Positions 28,074 through 38,432 are shown, numbered from the stretch's first letter. The stretch: 64,000 nucleotides of DNA from an uncultured bacterium (GCA_963720265.1 CAVRET010000002.1:663601-727600), one strand, 5' to 3'. Notes: generated from the letters alone by a model not told the origin. Made by a program: numbers and translations.

Positions 28074-28631
28074 ATGGCAACGTCCAATATGACCTTGAAC
28101 GAACCGGCCACGGCTGTGTTTAGCTGGACGGTGAAACCCGGCAAGGAACAGGAATTTGAGCAAAGAATGCACGAAATCCACCGAGTTGCCAGGACGTATC
28201 CTGGACACATGGGCGTTACCACTATCAAATCTCCGGGGCGCAGCGACAATTTCCAAACGGTGCTGCGCTTCGACACACAGGCTCATCTCGACGCTTGGTT
28301 GCGCTCCCCGACCCGCCAGGAGCTAGCGCAGGCCCTAGAGGAAGTCGCCCATAATGAGAGTGCCAAAAAAGCCACCGGCCTAGAAACTTGGTTTAACATC
28401 CCCGGCCAACCACAAATCACGCCTCCACCCAGGTGGAAAATGGTTATAGCGACCTCTATCGCGATCTACCCAATCAGTCTCGTATACGGATTATTCGTGG
28501 CTCCCCATATTCTACATTGGTCCGTCTGGGTCCGCTCGCTGTGCTTACCGATCTTCGCTCCAATCATATTGACCTACCTCTTGATGCCGTTTTTAACTCA
28601 GCATGTCCTGAAGCGTTGGCTCTATAAATAG
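28074..28631 (+). CDS. ABM-fold (antibiotic biosynthesis monooxygenase-like) membrane protein
   Basis: VKPGKEQEFE, LDAWLRSP, TGLETWF, PPRWKM plus 2 TM. Confidence 0.8.
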   Translation: MATSNMTLNEPATAVFSWTVKPGKEQEFEQRMHEIHRVARTYPGHMGVTTIKSPGRSDNFQTVLRFDTQAHLDAWLRSPTRQELAQALEEVAHNESAKKATGLETWFNIPGQPQITPPPRWKMVIATSIAIYPISLVYGLFVAPHILHWSVWVRSLCLPIFAPIILTYLLMPFLTQHVLKRWLYK

Positions 28632-28666
28632 CGCCCCAACATAGCGGAAGGAGCACATAAAGGAGA

Positions 28667-29188
28667 TTAGCGTCGCCGAAGCTGCGCCTTTCGAGCCAGC
28701 TTCAAAAACTTCCCCTTGGGCACAAGCCAGAACCGGTGCGCCGATGGGGGCTTCTCGTGTGCGTGTTGGCCATCATTCAATACTTGAGTCTCCGCCACAA
28801 CATGCCTGCCGGTGTCTACCAGCTCGACTTCGACGAACTCTTTCTTATACCAGCCCAGCTCTACCATCTCCCATCGGTCTAGCTTATGTCGGGCTTGTAT
28901 GCTGAGACGAAGAAGCGTGCCGTCCACTTGTGAGCCGGGCTTCCTAACTAGTACGTAGCTTCTAAAATCGGGCCCCCATACTTTACGGAGGATCTGCCTG
29001 GGGTTTATCCCCGCGGTCGTAATCTCAGGCAGATGCTGGACACGCAGTTCGTAGTCTCGTAAGACCGCGGGGCCAATAACCTCAGGCTTCTCCCCAGTAA
29101 CAGCCAGTAGCATCTCCGCGCCACCGCCGCCGGTGACGTAGCCAAAAAAATATCCACGACGACGCCTATGCCATATGCCTCGTATCAT
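28667..29188 (-). CDS. Gamma-glutamylcyclotransferase-like protein
   Basis: YFFGY N-terminus, VDGTL, LDRWE..GWY pattern. Confidence 0.55.
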   Translation of the reverse strand: MIRGIWHRRRRGYFFGYVTGGGGAEMLLAVTGEKPEVIGPAVLRDYELRVQHLPEITTAGINPRQILRKVWGPDFRSYVLVRKPGSQVDGTLLRLSIQARHKLDRWEMVELGWYKKEFVEVELVDTGRHVVAETQVLNDGQHAHEKPPSAHRFWLVPKGKFLKLARKAQLRRR

Positions 29189-29425
29189 AATCGCATTCTA
29201 GCAATATTCTGATGACCGGCCAAAGCAGTTTTCGATGTTTTTCAGGGCGGTAAACACGAATTACACAATATCGGTGGACGCTGAGCCGGAAAGCTGATAT
29301 AATAGCCGCAATCTAGAAACAAGCTATACTTGTCGATTCCGTTAGTAGTCATACCCGAGACCACACAACGCCCGAATCTTATTCCGGAGCACACATAACA
29401 CTATGCGGGTACAAGAAAGAGAAGT

Positions 29426-29719
29426 ATGGCTTCTAAGTTATATGTCGGTTCACTGAGTTTCAATATTAATAACGACCAGCTCAAAGAGCTGTTCGATCCG
29501 TTCGGCAACGTTGTCAGCGCCAGCGTCATTACTGACCGAGATACGGGTCGTTCGAAGGGCTTCGGCTTTGTCGAGATGGAGACCGATGAGGAGGCCCAAG
29601 CCGCTATCACCGGTCTCAGCGGCAAAGAGGTGGATGGCCGAACCATCATCGTGAATGTCGCCCGGCCCAAAGAAGATCGCCCTGCGCGGCCCAATTTTAA
29701 CAACCGTCGTCGCTACTAG
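29426..29719 (+). CDS. RRM RNA-binding protein
   Basis: LYVGSL (RNP2), KGFGFVEM (RNP1). Confidence 0.95.
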   Translation: MASKLYVGSLSFNINNDQLKELFDPFGNVVSASVITDRDTGRSKGFGFVEMETDEEAQAAITGLSGKEVDGRTIIVNVARPKEDRPARPNFNNRRRY

Positions 29720-29730
29720 CGGCAATCGGC

Positions 29731-30057
29731 ATGCCCCAGCCGATGCGATTCTTCATACCTAATACCTCCAAGACAGACACCGAGCCCGTCTATTTTGAGA
29801 TGAGACATGCATTGGTCGACCAGCTGCGTTTCACTATCCAGGAGCGTCGCATCTTTAAGCTCAGCTACACCAATAGTAAACGCAATTGGCATGTTGAAGT
29901 TGGGAAACCTAAGCCGCAAGAAAACCAATACGTAGTCATGGCCATTTTTGAGGCCGGCGTCTTCGTAATTGTCAATCAAACCTTGTCCGGCGGTTCGGGC
30001 CCCATTGTGCTCGTAGATAAGGCCGAGGTTACTGCAGTCGAAGAGTTTCAGGCGTAA
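29731..30057 (+). CDS. Hypothetical protein
   Basis: 108-aa ORF co-oriented with RRM gene. Confidence 0.6.
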   Translation: MPQPMRFFIPNTSKTDTEPVYFEMRHALVDQLRFTIQERRIFKLSYTNSKRNWHVEVGKPKPQENQYVVMAIFEAGVFVIVNQTLSGGSGPIVLVDKAEVTAVEEFQA

Positions 30058-30066
30058 AACCGGCTG

Positions 30067-30225
30067 CTAAGACCTTACCCGCCGCCACTTGGTGGTGGGT
30101 AAGGTCTGGCACTGGCACGGGGCACACCGCCACCGCCACCGCCACCGCTTGGAGCCATGCTCGACTTGGTACTTGGCAACACACTGCCGGCACCAAACTT
30201 CACCGATATGCTTCAATCTCATCAT
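30067..30225 (-). CDS. Small basic Cys/Trp peptide, possible zinc ribbon (not in ORF track)
   Basis: MMRLKHIGEVWCRQC...RWRWRWRCAPCQC...; TATACT 7 nt upstream of ATG. Confidence 0.4.
   Translation of the reverse strand: MMRLKHIGEVWCRQCVAKYQVEHGSKRWRWRWRCAPCQCQTLPTTKWRRVRS
30070..30107. terminator. Long hairpin between convergent genes
   Basis: AGACCTTACCCGCCGCCA / TGGTGGTGGGTAAGGTCT, 18-bp stem with two G-U pairs. Confidence 0.65.
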
Positions 30226-30248
30226 AGATTTCAGTATAGCAACCGGGG

Positions 30249-30686
30249 CTAAACTGCCCTCTTCGTAAGGGCCACACCCTCAGCACTCAACGCCAACTTC
30301 ACCTCGCCTAGTAGCTTCCAGAACTCATCATGCACCGGCTGGACATCGTCCCGCCCCGCTCCAATCACCAGCGCCGCGTGTGCTGCTCCGGCGCCCGCGT
30401 AAAAACTCAGCCATTCCAGTACCTCCACCGGGTTGTCCCATTCATCGCCGACATACAAATCCATCATTGTCGTAAGCTTGGCCATCGTGCGTTTAACTTT
30501 CTCTCCGAATACGGCCCGGTTTGCTTCGTCGACCAACAATGCCGGCCGGGAACCGAGCCGGTCCAGCCGATGTGACACCGCAGGTACCTGCTTCGCCAGT
30601 GCCTCGCCGCCTCGCTGCCGGATTTCCGGTGCCAGGCTCACAAACGCCTGCACCTCGGCCAGTTTTTTCACGGTTCGGACTATCAT
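30249..30686 (-). CDS. Hypothetical helical protein
   Basis: 145-aa ORF, divergent from next gene. Confidence 0.55.
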   Translation of the reverse strand: MIVRTVKKLAEVQAFVSLAPEIRQRGGEALAKQVPAVSHRLDRLGSRPALLVDEANRAVFGEKVKRTMAKLTTMMDLYVGDEWDNPVEVLEWLSFYAGAGAAHAALVIGAGRDDVQPVHDEFWKLLGEVKLALSAEGVALTKRAV

Positions 30687-30701
30687 ATAATCTCAATATA
30701 T

Positions 30702-31469
30702 ATGATTCAGTATCATGCCTCCACGGATGCGCTCTTTCTTACCGTCTTCATCGCCGCCACAGTCGAGATGGTGGAAGCGCTCACCATCGTTCTGGCGATC
30801 GGGCTCACCCGCGGTTGGCGCTCCACCCTAATCGCACTTGGGGCAGCCCTGCTGGCATTAGCCTCCATTGTGGCACTGCTCGGTCCAGCTCTCGCCTACA
30901 TTCCGTTACAAATTTTGCACTTGCTGGTCGGCGGCTTGTTGCTGGTGTTTGGATTGCAATGGCTTCGCAAAGCTATTCTGCGCGCCAGTGGTGTCATTTC
31001 GCTCCACGACGAGGACGCGCTCTACGCCCGCGAAGTTAAAAAGGCGCGTAGTACCGGCCGCCACCTCTTGCACGGGCTGGACTGGTATGGTTTCACCGTG
31101 GTCTTTAAAGGTGTGCTCCTCGAGGGCTTGGAAGTGGTGTTTATCGTACTGAGTTTCGGCGCTGCCCAGGGCAGCGTACCGGTGGCCGCCGTGGCTGCCG
31201 CATTAAGTCTCGTAATGGTGTCAGTCCTGGGGTTGTTCTTGCGCCGTCCATTGGCAAGTATCCCCGAAAACACGCTCAAGTTTATTGTCGGCATCATGCT
31301 AACGGTCTTCGGCATGTTCTGGGCCGGCTCAGGCGCGGGCTTGCACTGGCCTGGAGGTAATTTGGCAATACTCGGCCTGCTCGCATATACTTCGGCCGTT
31401 GCGCTCGCCATGGTGCCACTGACGAGTTATCTCTCAGGCGGCCGCACATCAGTAGGGCCGGCTAAATGA
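30702..31469 (+). CDS. COG4280-type membrane protein (ExxE repeats, metal-transporter-like)
   Basis: VEMVEALTIV and LLEGLEVVFIV duplicated motifs, PENTLKF. Confidence 0.8.
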   Translation: MIQYHASTDALFLTVFIAATVEMVEALTIVLAIGLTRGWRSTLIALGAALLALASIVALLGPALAYIPLQILHLLVGGLLLVFGLQWLRKAILRASGVISLHDEDALYAREVKKARSTGRHLLHGLDWYGFTVVFKGVLLEGLEVVFIVLSFGAAQGSVPVAAVAAALSLVMVSVLGLFLRRPLASIPENTLKFIVGIMLTVFGMFWAGSGAGLHWPGGNLAILGLLAYTSAVALAMVPLTSYLSGGRTSVGPAK

Positions 31470-33313
31470 AGCGCTTGCAGGCATTTTTTAAGTTCTGGTA
31501 CCGCTTTATCGTGGGCGACGATCGGCATCTGGCGGCCGGTATTGTGATGGCTCTTGTCATTACCGACGCGTTTACCGCTGCCGGTCTCAACGTTTGGGTG
31601 CTTTTCCCGGTACTGATCACAATGTGCTTATTGCTGTCAACCAGGCAAGCGGCTCGTAAAACGCGCAAGCAGCCGCGCGGACCGCACCACCCGGCGCCTC
31701 TGGTGGTGAGTTGGCTGCAATTGTGGCTGCCACTCGCACTGCTCGCCCTTACCCCAATAGCTGACACCTATCTAAAACAACTGTCGGTTGCCACGGCGCA
31801 GGACCTGGTGCTCCCCTGTGCCCTAAACCTTGTCGCGGTCGCGGTCATCGCGGGCCTGTTCTTTCGCGGCTTTCGGCGCGACCCACTGCCGTTCTTTCTT
31901 GCCAGTGTTTTCATTACCGTCGCGGTCGTCATTGATTACGCCAGCAACTTTAATTGGGCACTCCAGGCCTTTAGCTCGATCTGGCCCTTGCCGGTGCTGG
32001 TTGGGCCGTTTGCGCCATTGTACTGGATTGTGGCCGGCTATCTCATGTTTCAGCTCGGACGTTGGACCGCTAGATTACTCACCGCATACCATGTTCAGCC
32101 TGGCAACGTCATGCTGGCCACAACGCTCGCGGCCGCCGGGGTATTTTTGATCCAGGCGGTCCCCGCCGGCATTGATCTGGCCAGCGCTTGGCCGCAATTT
32201 TTTTACCACCCGCCAGTGCTTGCAATTAGCAAACTTTCCGTGGCCCCGTCAGGGTACAAACCCGACATCTACTACTTTCTCCTCGAAGACGATGACTCCC
32301 AAATGCCACTAACCAATCAGCCCGCGTTCAAGAACAGTCTTGGTCAGTTCTTGCCCGGCCATGGCTTCTATGTAGTTCCAAATGCGCTCAGCAATTATCC
32401 CAATATCGAAAGTTCGGCCGCGGCCACTCTCAGCGCAGGCTTTCTGTCAGATCAAACCAGTAACTTTAGCGGCGCCCGCAACCAACCCATCGCAGCCGTC
32501 AACCAAACGGTCAAGCTCGCTCCGGTCGCTAGGCGATTGGAGGGCGTGGGCTACACCCTCCACGTTATTGGTTACCCCCCCAGCGTGAGCGCGTTGGTAC
32601 TGGCCGGCCACAATTATTTGCTCGATAGTTTCAGTGACAGTCTGCTTGGTGGCTCGCTTTTCGCTCCGGTCATTCAAACTGGCCTGAGTCTGGGCGGCGT
32701 TCAGCTATTGGGCTACCAGCCCAACGTAACCGCGATGCAGCAGGAGTTCGGGCAGACCGAGAGCATTGGCAAACGCTCATCCGGTGGGCAGTTTGTGTTC
32801 CAAGACATCCCGACCCTGACGAATTACGCTCAGTTCCAAGCCGCATTGAGCTCCATAATGACGCGCAGCCACGGCCGTGATGTCATCATTTTGCAATCCG
32901 GCAATGCTACCAGGGGCGTTGTTCCGAGCACCAAGTCGCTGATCACGGCCCAGGACATGCGCACCTGGACGCCAGCGAGCCTTCAGGACAAATACGGCCA
33001 ACTGGCCGCCTATTACATTCCCGGCGCCACGCCGACCCAACTTACCGCTACTGCCAACGCCGTCAACGTCTTTCGCGTAGTACTCAACTCTAACTTTTCA
33101 ACTCGTTTGAACATGTTGCCGGCCTGCTACTATGGTTACCCTCAGGGCCTGGGTTATTCATTTGTGTTCTCCAATCTCGGCCCACGACTGACCGGCCATA
33201 CGAACCCAAGCTGCCCGGCCAACGGCAATTTTCTCCATCCCGGCCCCACCAAGCTTATTCAGTCCACGGCGAGGCGCCCTCCCACGAGTGGGCTCGAAGG
33301 CGATGACGACTAA
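31466..33313 (+). CDS. Multi-TM protein with degenerate sulfatase/alkaline-phosphatase-like domain
   Basis: About 7 TM, then PDIYYFLLED, SNYP, VIILQS, VNVFRVVLN. Confidence 0.65.
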   Translation: MKRLQAFFKFWYRFIVGDDRHLAAGIVMALVITDAFTAAGLNVWVLFPVLITMCLLLSTRQAARKTRKQPRGPHHPAPLVVSWLQLWLPLALLALTPIADTYLKQLSVATAQDLVLPCALNLVAVAVIAGLFFRGFRRDPLPFFLASVFITVAVVIDYASNFNWALQAFSSIWPLPVLVGPFAPLYWIVAGYLMFQLGRWTARLLTAYHVQPGNVMLATTLAAAGVFLIQAVPAGIDLASAWPQFFYHPPVLAISKLSVAPSGYKPDIYYFLLEDDDSQMPLTNQPAFKNSLGQFLPGHGFYVVPNALSNYPNIESSAAATLSAGFLSDQTSNFSGARNQPIAAVNQTVKLAPVARRLEGVGYTLHVIGYPPSVSALVLAGHNYLLDSFSDSLLGGSLFAPVIQTGLSLGGVQLLGYQPNVTAMQQEFGQTESIGKRSSGGQFVFQDIPTLTNYAQFQAALSSIMTRSHGRDVIILQSGNATRGVVPSTKSLITAQDMRTWTPASLQDKYGQLAAYYIPGATPTQLTATANAVNVFRVVLNSNFSTRLNMLPACYYGYPQGLGYSFVFSNLGPRLTGHTNPSCPANGNFLHPGPTKLIQSTARRPPTSGLEGDDD

Positions 33314-33330
33314 CGATAAGTAAGGCTCTC

Positions 33331-33930
33331 ATGGAACACTCCAAAACCGTTTTTGCCAAGGTCAGTGAGCTGTATCGTGGCGCCCACACCGTCATGGGCC
33401 AATGGATGTGGCGCAATCATACCCAGTGGGTCGCAGACAAGACCCAGCGGCTGGCACAAAAATACGGCGCCGATGTCGAGATCGCGTACTGTGCGGCCTT
33501 ACTCCACGATTTAGGCGACAGCCGGTACGAACGGGGTCATCCCGATTTTAATACCTGGTCATGGGAAACCGGCAAAACCGTTCTGAAACAGGCCGGCTTT
33601 CGCCACGCTAAGCGAGCGGCCATCCTTGAAGCCGTCAGTACCCATGCCTGCCATCCTGGTTATCTGCCTAAGGCCAAAGAGGGAAAAGTGCTCGCCACCG
33701 CCGACGCCATGTGGCACCTGCAAACCAATTTTTTCCCGGTCATTTGCTATATGAATCGTCCGGACAACACTCGCACGTATGAGGAGTGGCAGGACTGGTT
33801 TAACGATAAGATCGAACGAGACTTTGGGCCAAAGATTTTCTTTGAGGACGAAAGAAATGAAGTAAGGGCCGATTACGAGGCGCTCAAAAGGGTATTCGCA
33901 AATACATCCCTGAGCGGCCAAACCGACTAA
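33331..33930 (+). CDS. HD-domain phosphohydrolase
   Basis: NHTQWV, ALLHDLGD, LATADA. Confidence 0.85.
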   Translation: MEHSKTVFAKVSELYRGAHTVMGQWMWRNHTQWVADKTQRLAQKYGADVEIAYCAALLHDLGDSRYERGHPDFNTWSWETGKTVLKQAGFRHAKRAAILEAVSTHACHPGYLPKAKEGKVLATADAMWHLQTNFFPVICYMNRPDNTRTYEEWQDWFNDKIERDFGPKIFFEDERNEVRADYEALKRVFANTSLSGQTD

Positions 33931-33973
33931 CCAGACCGCACCGCTTTACGCCGGCGCCTCCCTCAGCGATACT

Positions 33974-34807
33974 GTGAGGACAATGCTACCCACATTCGCT
34001 GCCCACAACCTGCTGATCCAAATAGCGTTCATACTCGTGGTGGCAGCTGTTCTCGCACTTACGAGCGGCCCGGTCACCGGCTTCATCGTGCGCCGCCTCA
34101 ACCGCCGCCGCAAAGACGAAACCGAGCTCGACCACACTAAGCGCGTCCAAACCATTATCGTCATTTTCAACACCACGTTCACCGCCTTCCTTGCTATTGC
34201 CACGATCTGCCTCATTTTATCGGTTTTGGGCGTCAACGTTACTGCCTTGCTCACCGGTGCTGGCTTAGTCGGCGTAATAGTTGGTTTAAGTGCGCAAAAC
34301 ACGGTCAAAGACCTGCTCTCCGGCATGTTCATTGTGCTTGAACAGCAATACCGGGTCGGCGATACCATTTCGCTATCCGGCGGCACGACTGGTACCGGCG
34401 TCACCGGCAAGGTCGAAGAGATAACCTTGCGTGCCACAAAATTGCGCGACCTCAGCGGCAATCTTATTACCGTGCGCAACGGCGATCCTAGCATCATCAC
34501 TAACAAAACCTTCTCTGATGCCAGCCTGGTGCTAGATTTTATTATTACCTACGACAGCGACATCACGGCCGTCGAGCGGGTCATCAATGCCGTAGGGGCC
34601 AAGCTTGAGCACGATGAACAGTGGGGCAAATATTTACGCAGCCCGATCAGCTTTATGCGCGTCGACAACTTTACCGACAGTGGAGTGGTAGTCCGCGCCA
34701 TTGGCGTAACCGCTCCGGCGCGCCAGTGGGACATTGCCGGCGAATACCGCAAACGACTACTCGCCGCCGTCGTCGACGAGCCTGACATCAAGTTTGCCCA
34801 CTCGTAA
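33974..34807 (+). CDS. mscS: Small-conductance mechanosensitive channel
   Basis: GAGLVGVIVGLSAQNTVKDLLSG, YRVGD, GKVEEITLRAT. Confidence 0.9.
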   Translation: MRTMLPTFAAHNLLIQIAFILVVAAVLALTSGPVTGFIVRRLNRRRKDETELDHTKRVQTIIVIFNTTFTAFLAIATICLILSVLGVNVTALLTGAGLVGVIVGLSAQNTVKDLLSGMFIVLEQQYRVGDTISLSGGTTGTGVTGKVEEITLRATKLRDLSGNLITVRNGDPSIITNKTFSDASLVLDFIITYDSDITAVERVINAVGAKLEHDEQWGKYLRSPISFMRVDNFTDSGVVVRAIGVTAPARQWDIAGEYRKRLLAAVVDEPDIKFAHS

Positions 34808-34816
34808 GCCGCTAAG

Positions 34817-35488
34817 TTAGTTGCGTGATCTGCCCACAATCCTGAGCAACGTGAGGAACAGGTTCACAATATCGACAATCAGTGCCCCGCTCACGTCAAT
34901 CGCGTTATCCAGTGTTTTGGGCAACTTCATCGCCCTGGCCCAATCGAACCAAATGTAGAGCGAGAAAATGAACACGCCCAGCCAATCCAGCGCCGTCAAG
35001 CTTGCGTGAATACCAAACAGCAGCAAAATCGATGCGCCAAAATATCCCACCAAAAGCACGAGCAAACCCACGAACAAAACGCCGGCAAACCGCATAATCA
35101 CATTCGGGAGCAACACCCCCAAAATCGCCATGCCAAAGGTCACAAATAGCGTTAGCGCCAGTGCATTCACTACCGTATCGACCGCGTAGTAAGCAATCAC
35201 CGGTCCGATCGACAGCCCCATAAAAAAGCTCAAGATCGATACACCAATGAGTGAGACCACCGGCTTATCCGATTTCGTAAAGATGAAGATCCCGGCAATC
35301 GAAATAATAAACGTCAGCAGCACGAGTCCCGGCCCATACTGCCAGTTCAGGCTAGTCCGGGCCCCTAGCGCCACTAAAAACACTGCCCAGCTCAACGCCA
35401 GGCCCAGCGCAAAGGCATACGAGCGCACACTCAAAACGTCTCGTCCCTCCTTGTCCCAGATTGCTTTGGAGCTGGCGTCGAGTGCCAT
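34817..35488 (-). CDS. Bax inhibitor-1/YccA family membrane protein
   Basis: Seven TM, FSLYIWFD, DIVNLFLTLLRI. Confidence 0.85.
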   Translation of the reverse strand: MALDASSKAIWDKEGRDVLSVRSYAFALGLALSWAVFLVALGARTSLNWQYGPGLVLLTFIISIAGIFIFTKSDKPVVSLIGVSILSFFMGLSIGPVIAYYAVDTVVNALALTLFVTFGMAILGVLLPNVIMRFAGVLFVGLLVLLVGYFGASILLLFGIHASLTALDWLGVFIFSLYIWFDWARAMKLPKTLDNAIDVSGALIVDIVNLFLTLLRIVGRSRN

Positions 35489-35594
35489 TGGTATGCCCTT
35501 ATTTAACCCAATTATACACAAGCAGATTGACTCCGCCATGCTCGCGTACATCTGGTAAACCTGATACGATACGGCTATTAAAGAGGGGAGGCGT

Positions 35595-36008
35595 ATGCGG
35601 GGACCTATCGATTACATAATCGTCGGTTTTGAGGGTAATCACTTTGACGGCAGCATCTTGCGAGCCTTGTCCGACGCCATCGATTCCGGCGTAATCGCTC
35701 TGATCGCGCTGTCAGTCATCAGCAAAGACGGCAAGGGCACTGTCACAGTCGCCAATATCGACGAGGCCGGCGACAACTTTTTCGCTCAGTTTGTGCGGGA
35801 TCATCCCACCAATGAGTCTGTGATATCACTCAGCGATATCAACGAGATGGCCGAACTCATCAACAACAACTGTACCGCCGGCCTGCTCGTGGTTGAGCAA
35901 CTCTGGGCCAAGCCGCTCAAACAGGCGCTTATTAAAGCCAAGGGCATATTACTTGCCGAAGGCCGACTTCACCCCGACGCCGAAGCAGAGCTCGAAACCG
36001 TAATCTAA
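35595..36008 (+). CDS. DUF6325-like protein
   Basis: GPIDYIIVGF, LVVEQLWAKP; typical partner of the SHOCT gene. Confidence 0.7.
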   Translation: MRGPIDYIIVGFEGNHFDGSILRALSDAIDSGVIALIALSVISKDGKGTVTVANIDEAGDNFFAQFVRDHPTNESVISLSDINEMAELINNNCTAGLLVVEQLWAKPLKQALIKAKGILLAEGRLHPDAEAELETVI

Positions 36009-36019
36009 AGGAGGATAAC

Positions 36020-36313
36020 ATGCCGGGACTATTAAGAGGAATGGCCCGTACCACGGCAATTGTCGGTACTGCGACGGCGGTTTCCAACGGCGTTAGCCGA
36101 CGCCAATACAGCCGCTGGAACGAACAACAGCAAGCGCAAGCTGCTGCCGAGCCCCAGGCTGCGGCCGCAACCACGCCGGTACCGGAAGCCCAGCCGGCTC
36201 AGGCCGCCACTGATCCTTACGATGAGCTCGAAAAGCTCGGCCGCTTGAAAGACCAAGGCCTCATCACACAGGCCGAATTTGACGCCAAAAAGCAACAGTT
36301 GCTGGGTCTCTAG
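36020..36313 (+). CDS. SHOCT-domain protein
   Basis: ARTTAIVGTATAV N-terminus; LEKLGRLKDQGLITQAEFDAKKQQLL. Confidence 0.85.
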   Translation: MPGLLRGMARTTAIVGTATAVSNGVSRRQYSRWNEQQQAQAAAEPQAAAATTPVPEAQPAQAATDPYDELEKLGRLKDQGLITQAEFDAKKQQLLGL

Positions 36314-36378
36314 CACGACCAACGCCAGGCAGCGCCCCCAGGCGTCTGTTGTCATATGTGTAGTTAGTAAATGGCTCT

Positions 36379-36720
36379 ATGTTGGAAAAGAAGCTACAGC
36401 TTAAAAACGGCCAGACCATCGCGGTAGTCGGTACCATAGTGCCGGCACTCACGCTTTCGGCGCCGCGTACCGATAGTAAGGACGCCGATGCACTGCTGAT
36501 GTTTGTCGCTAACGAGGCCGAACTCAGACAGCATTTGAGTGAGCTCGGATCCGCTACCGAGACCGGCAAGCTCACCTGGCTGGCCTACCCAAAGGCTGGG
36601 CAGCTCGACACTGACATTAACCGCGACATCATTCGAACGATCGCCAACGACAATGGCCTTGATCCGGTCCGCCAAATCGCGATTGATGATATCTGGTCTG
36701 CCCTCAGGCTAAAGGCCTAG
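36379..36720 (+). CDS. Conserved hypothetical (DUF3052-like)
   Basis: WLAYPK, DINRD, VRQIAIDDIWSALR. Confidence 0.7.
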   Translation: MLEKKLQLKNGQTIAVVGTIVPALTLSAPRTDSKDADALLMFVANEAELRQHLSELGSATETGKLTWLAYPKAGQLDTDINRDIIRTIANDNGLDPVRQIAIDDIWSALRLKA

Positions 36721-37226
36721 CATTGTTCGCTGGCATCGAGCACCTGCTCCAGTAGATCTACGACCCGCCGGTTGGCTTGTTTAAGTCCGTGCTCAGTCTG
36801 CTTCATCTGTGTAATCTCTTGAAATATCGTCACCACGTAAGTTGGTTTTGCTGACCCATCTTCTTGGATCGAGGAGGCCTTCACCCAGGCCCATTTCCAG
36901 GCTCCGGGCTGGGCATCCCGGGGCTGTACACGCACAATTTGCACAGGCTCAACTTCGCCGCGTAGTGCCTGTCGGCCGGGTAGCTGCTCAACCGATAGTG
37001 GCATGCCGTTATCGTCAAACAAGGCCGAAAAGTCCTTTAAGATGCCATGGACTCCAGCGCGCAACGCCGCCCCCGCCGATTCAAAGCCCAATAACTTAGC
37101 CGCCGCCGGATTAATGTATACCAGGTCAGTTCTTTCGTCCTGCACCACGACACCGTCGACAATATGATCAAGTATTAGCCTAAATTGTGCCCGCGCAGAC
37201 GCGCGCTCTTGCTTGCTCATAATCAT
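36717..37226 (-). CDS. Stand-alone PAS-domain protein
   Basis: ILDHIVDGVVVQD, YINPAA, FQEIT, then coiled coil. Confidence 0.8.
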   Translation of the reverse strand: MIMSKQERASARAQFRLILDHIVDGVVVQDERTDLVYINPAAAKLLGFESAGAALRAGVHGILKDFSALFDDNGMPLSVEQLPGRQALRGEVEPVQIVRVQPRDAQPGAWKWAWVKASSIQEDGSAKPTYVVTIFQEITQMKQTEHGLKQANRRVVDLLEQVLDASEQC

Positions 37227-37364
37227 CTATAATGTTAACGCTTATAATAACTGATCATACCTCGCGGAGAATAGCTTTTCTGCCAACTATTGTTTGCCTC
37301 GGCCGCTCAAATTCAGCATATCGTCTAAGCATAAGCACTTCTCGGCATACGGTATAGTAGTCGT

Positions 37365-38339
37365 ATGCAAAAAGCGCACACGTGCGACGTAGTACTTGAG
37401 GGCGGTGGGGTAAAAGGCCTCGGCCTCGTCGGCGCCGTCACAACACTGGAGCATCACGGTTATTCATTCCGCCGCGTGGCCGGCACTTCCGCAGGAGCGG
37501 TTGTCGGCTCACTCGTCGCCGCAGGCATGGACGCGCCGACCATGCTGAGTACGATGCGCAACCTCGATTACACCAAGTTTCAGGACAAAAACCTGCTCGA
37601 CTACTTTGGCCTACCGGGCGAAATGGCATCGCTCCTTATTAATAAAGGCATCTTTAAAGGCGATTACCTTCACCATTGGCTGGCCGCCGAGCTGAAAAAA
37701 CTCGGAGTAGTAACGTTCAAAGACCTGCGCCTCAAAGAGGACTGGGCCGACCGCTTCCCGGCACCCGAGCGCTACAAGCTCGTTGTTATCGCCTCAGATG
37801 TGTCGCGCGGCCAACTTATCCGCCTGCCGTGGGATTACCATCGCTACGGCCTCGACCCAGATAAGCAACTCGTAGCCGACGCCGTCCGCGCCTCGATGTC
37901 GATACCGTTCTTCTACATCCCCAAAAAGCTTGGTCGCAGCCGGCTCGTCGACGGCGGCTTCTTGTCCGACTTTCCGGTTAGCATTTTTGATAGCACCACC
38001 AGGCCACGCTGGCCCACCTTTGGCGTTAAGCTTTCGGCCAGGCCCAATTTAAAAGCGACCATCCACCCCACGCATACCACCTGGCAGCTCGCCACAGCCC
38101 TGTTTTCAACCATGCAACAAGCTCATGACATGATGCACCTGCAAGATCCGTCGGTCGTTCGACGTACCATATTTGTTGATTCCGGTCAGATCAAACCAAC
38201 CGATTTTGGCATTACTAAGGCCCAGCAGCAATACCTATACGAATCGGGCCGGCATGGCGCTACCAAATTCCTCGCAAACTGGAGCTTCACAGACTACCAA
38301 AACTCAACCGCGACCGCAGCCTCGTCCGGCGATCTCTAG
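37365..38339 (+). CDS. Patatin-like phospholipase
   Basis: EGGGVKG, GTSAG, ASMSIP, DGG. Confidence 0.93.
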   Translation: MQKAHTCDVVLEGGGVKGLGLVGAVTTLEHHGYSFRRVAGTSAGAVVGSLVAAGMDAPTMLSTMRNLDYTKFQDKNLLDYFGLPGEMASLLINKGIFKGDYLHHWLAAELKKLGVVTFKDLRLKEDWADRFPAPERYKLVVIASDVSRGQLIRLPWDYHRYGLDPDKQLVADAVRASMSIPFFYIPKKLGRSRLVDGGFLSDFPVSIFDSTTRPRWPTFGVKLSARPNLKATIHPTHTTWQLATALFSTMQQAHDMMHLQDPSVVRRTIFVDSGQIKPTDFGITKAQQQYLYESGRHGATKFLANWSFTDYQNSTATAASSGDL

Positions 38340-38432
38340 GCAACGAGCCGACGGCTGCATTTGCACATAGTGCTTGCCATTGTCCATTGTTAAATCTAAA
38401 CTTTAATGCAAACGGCAACCATAAGAAGGGAT

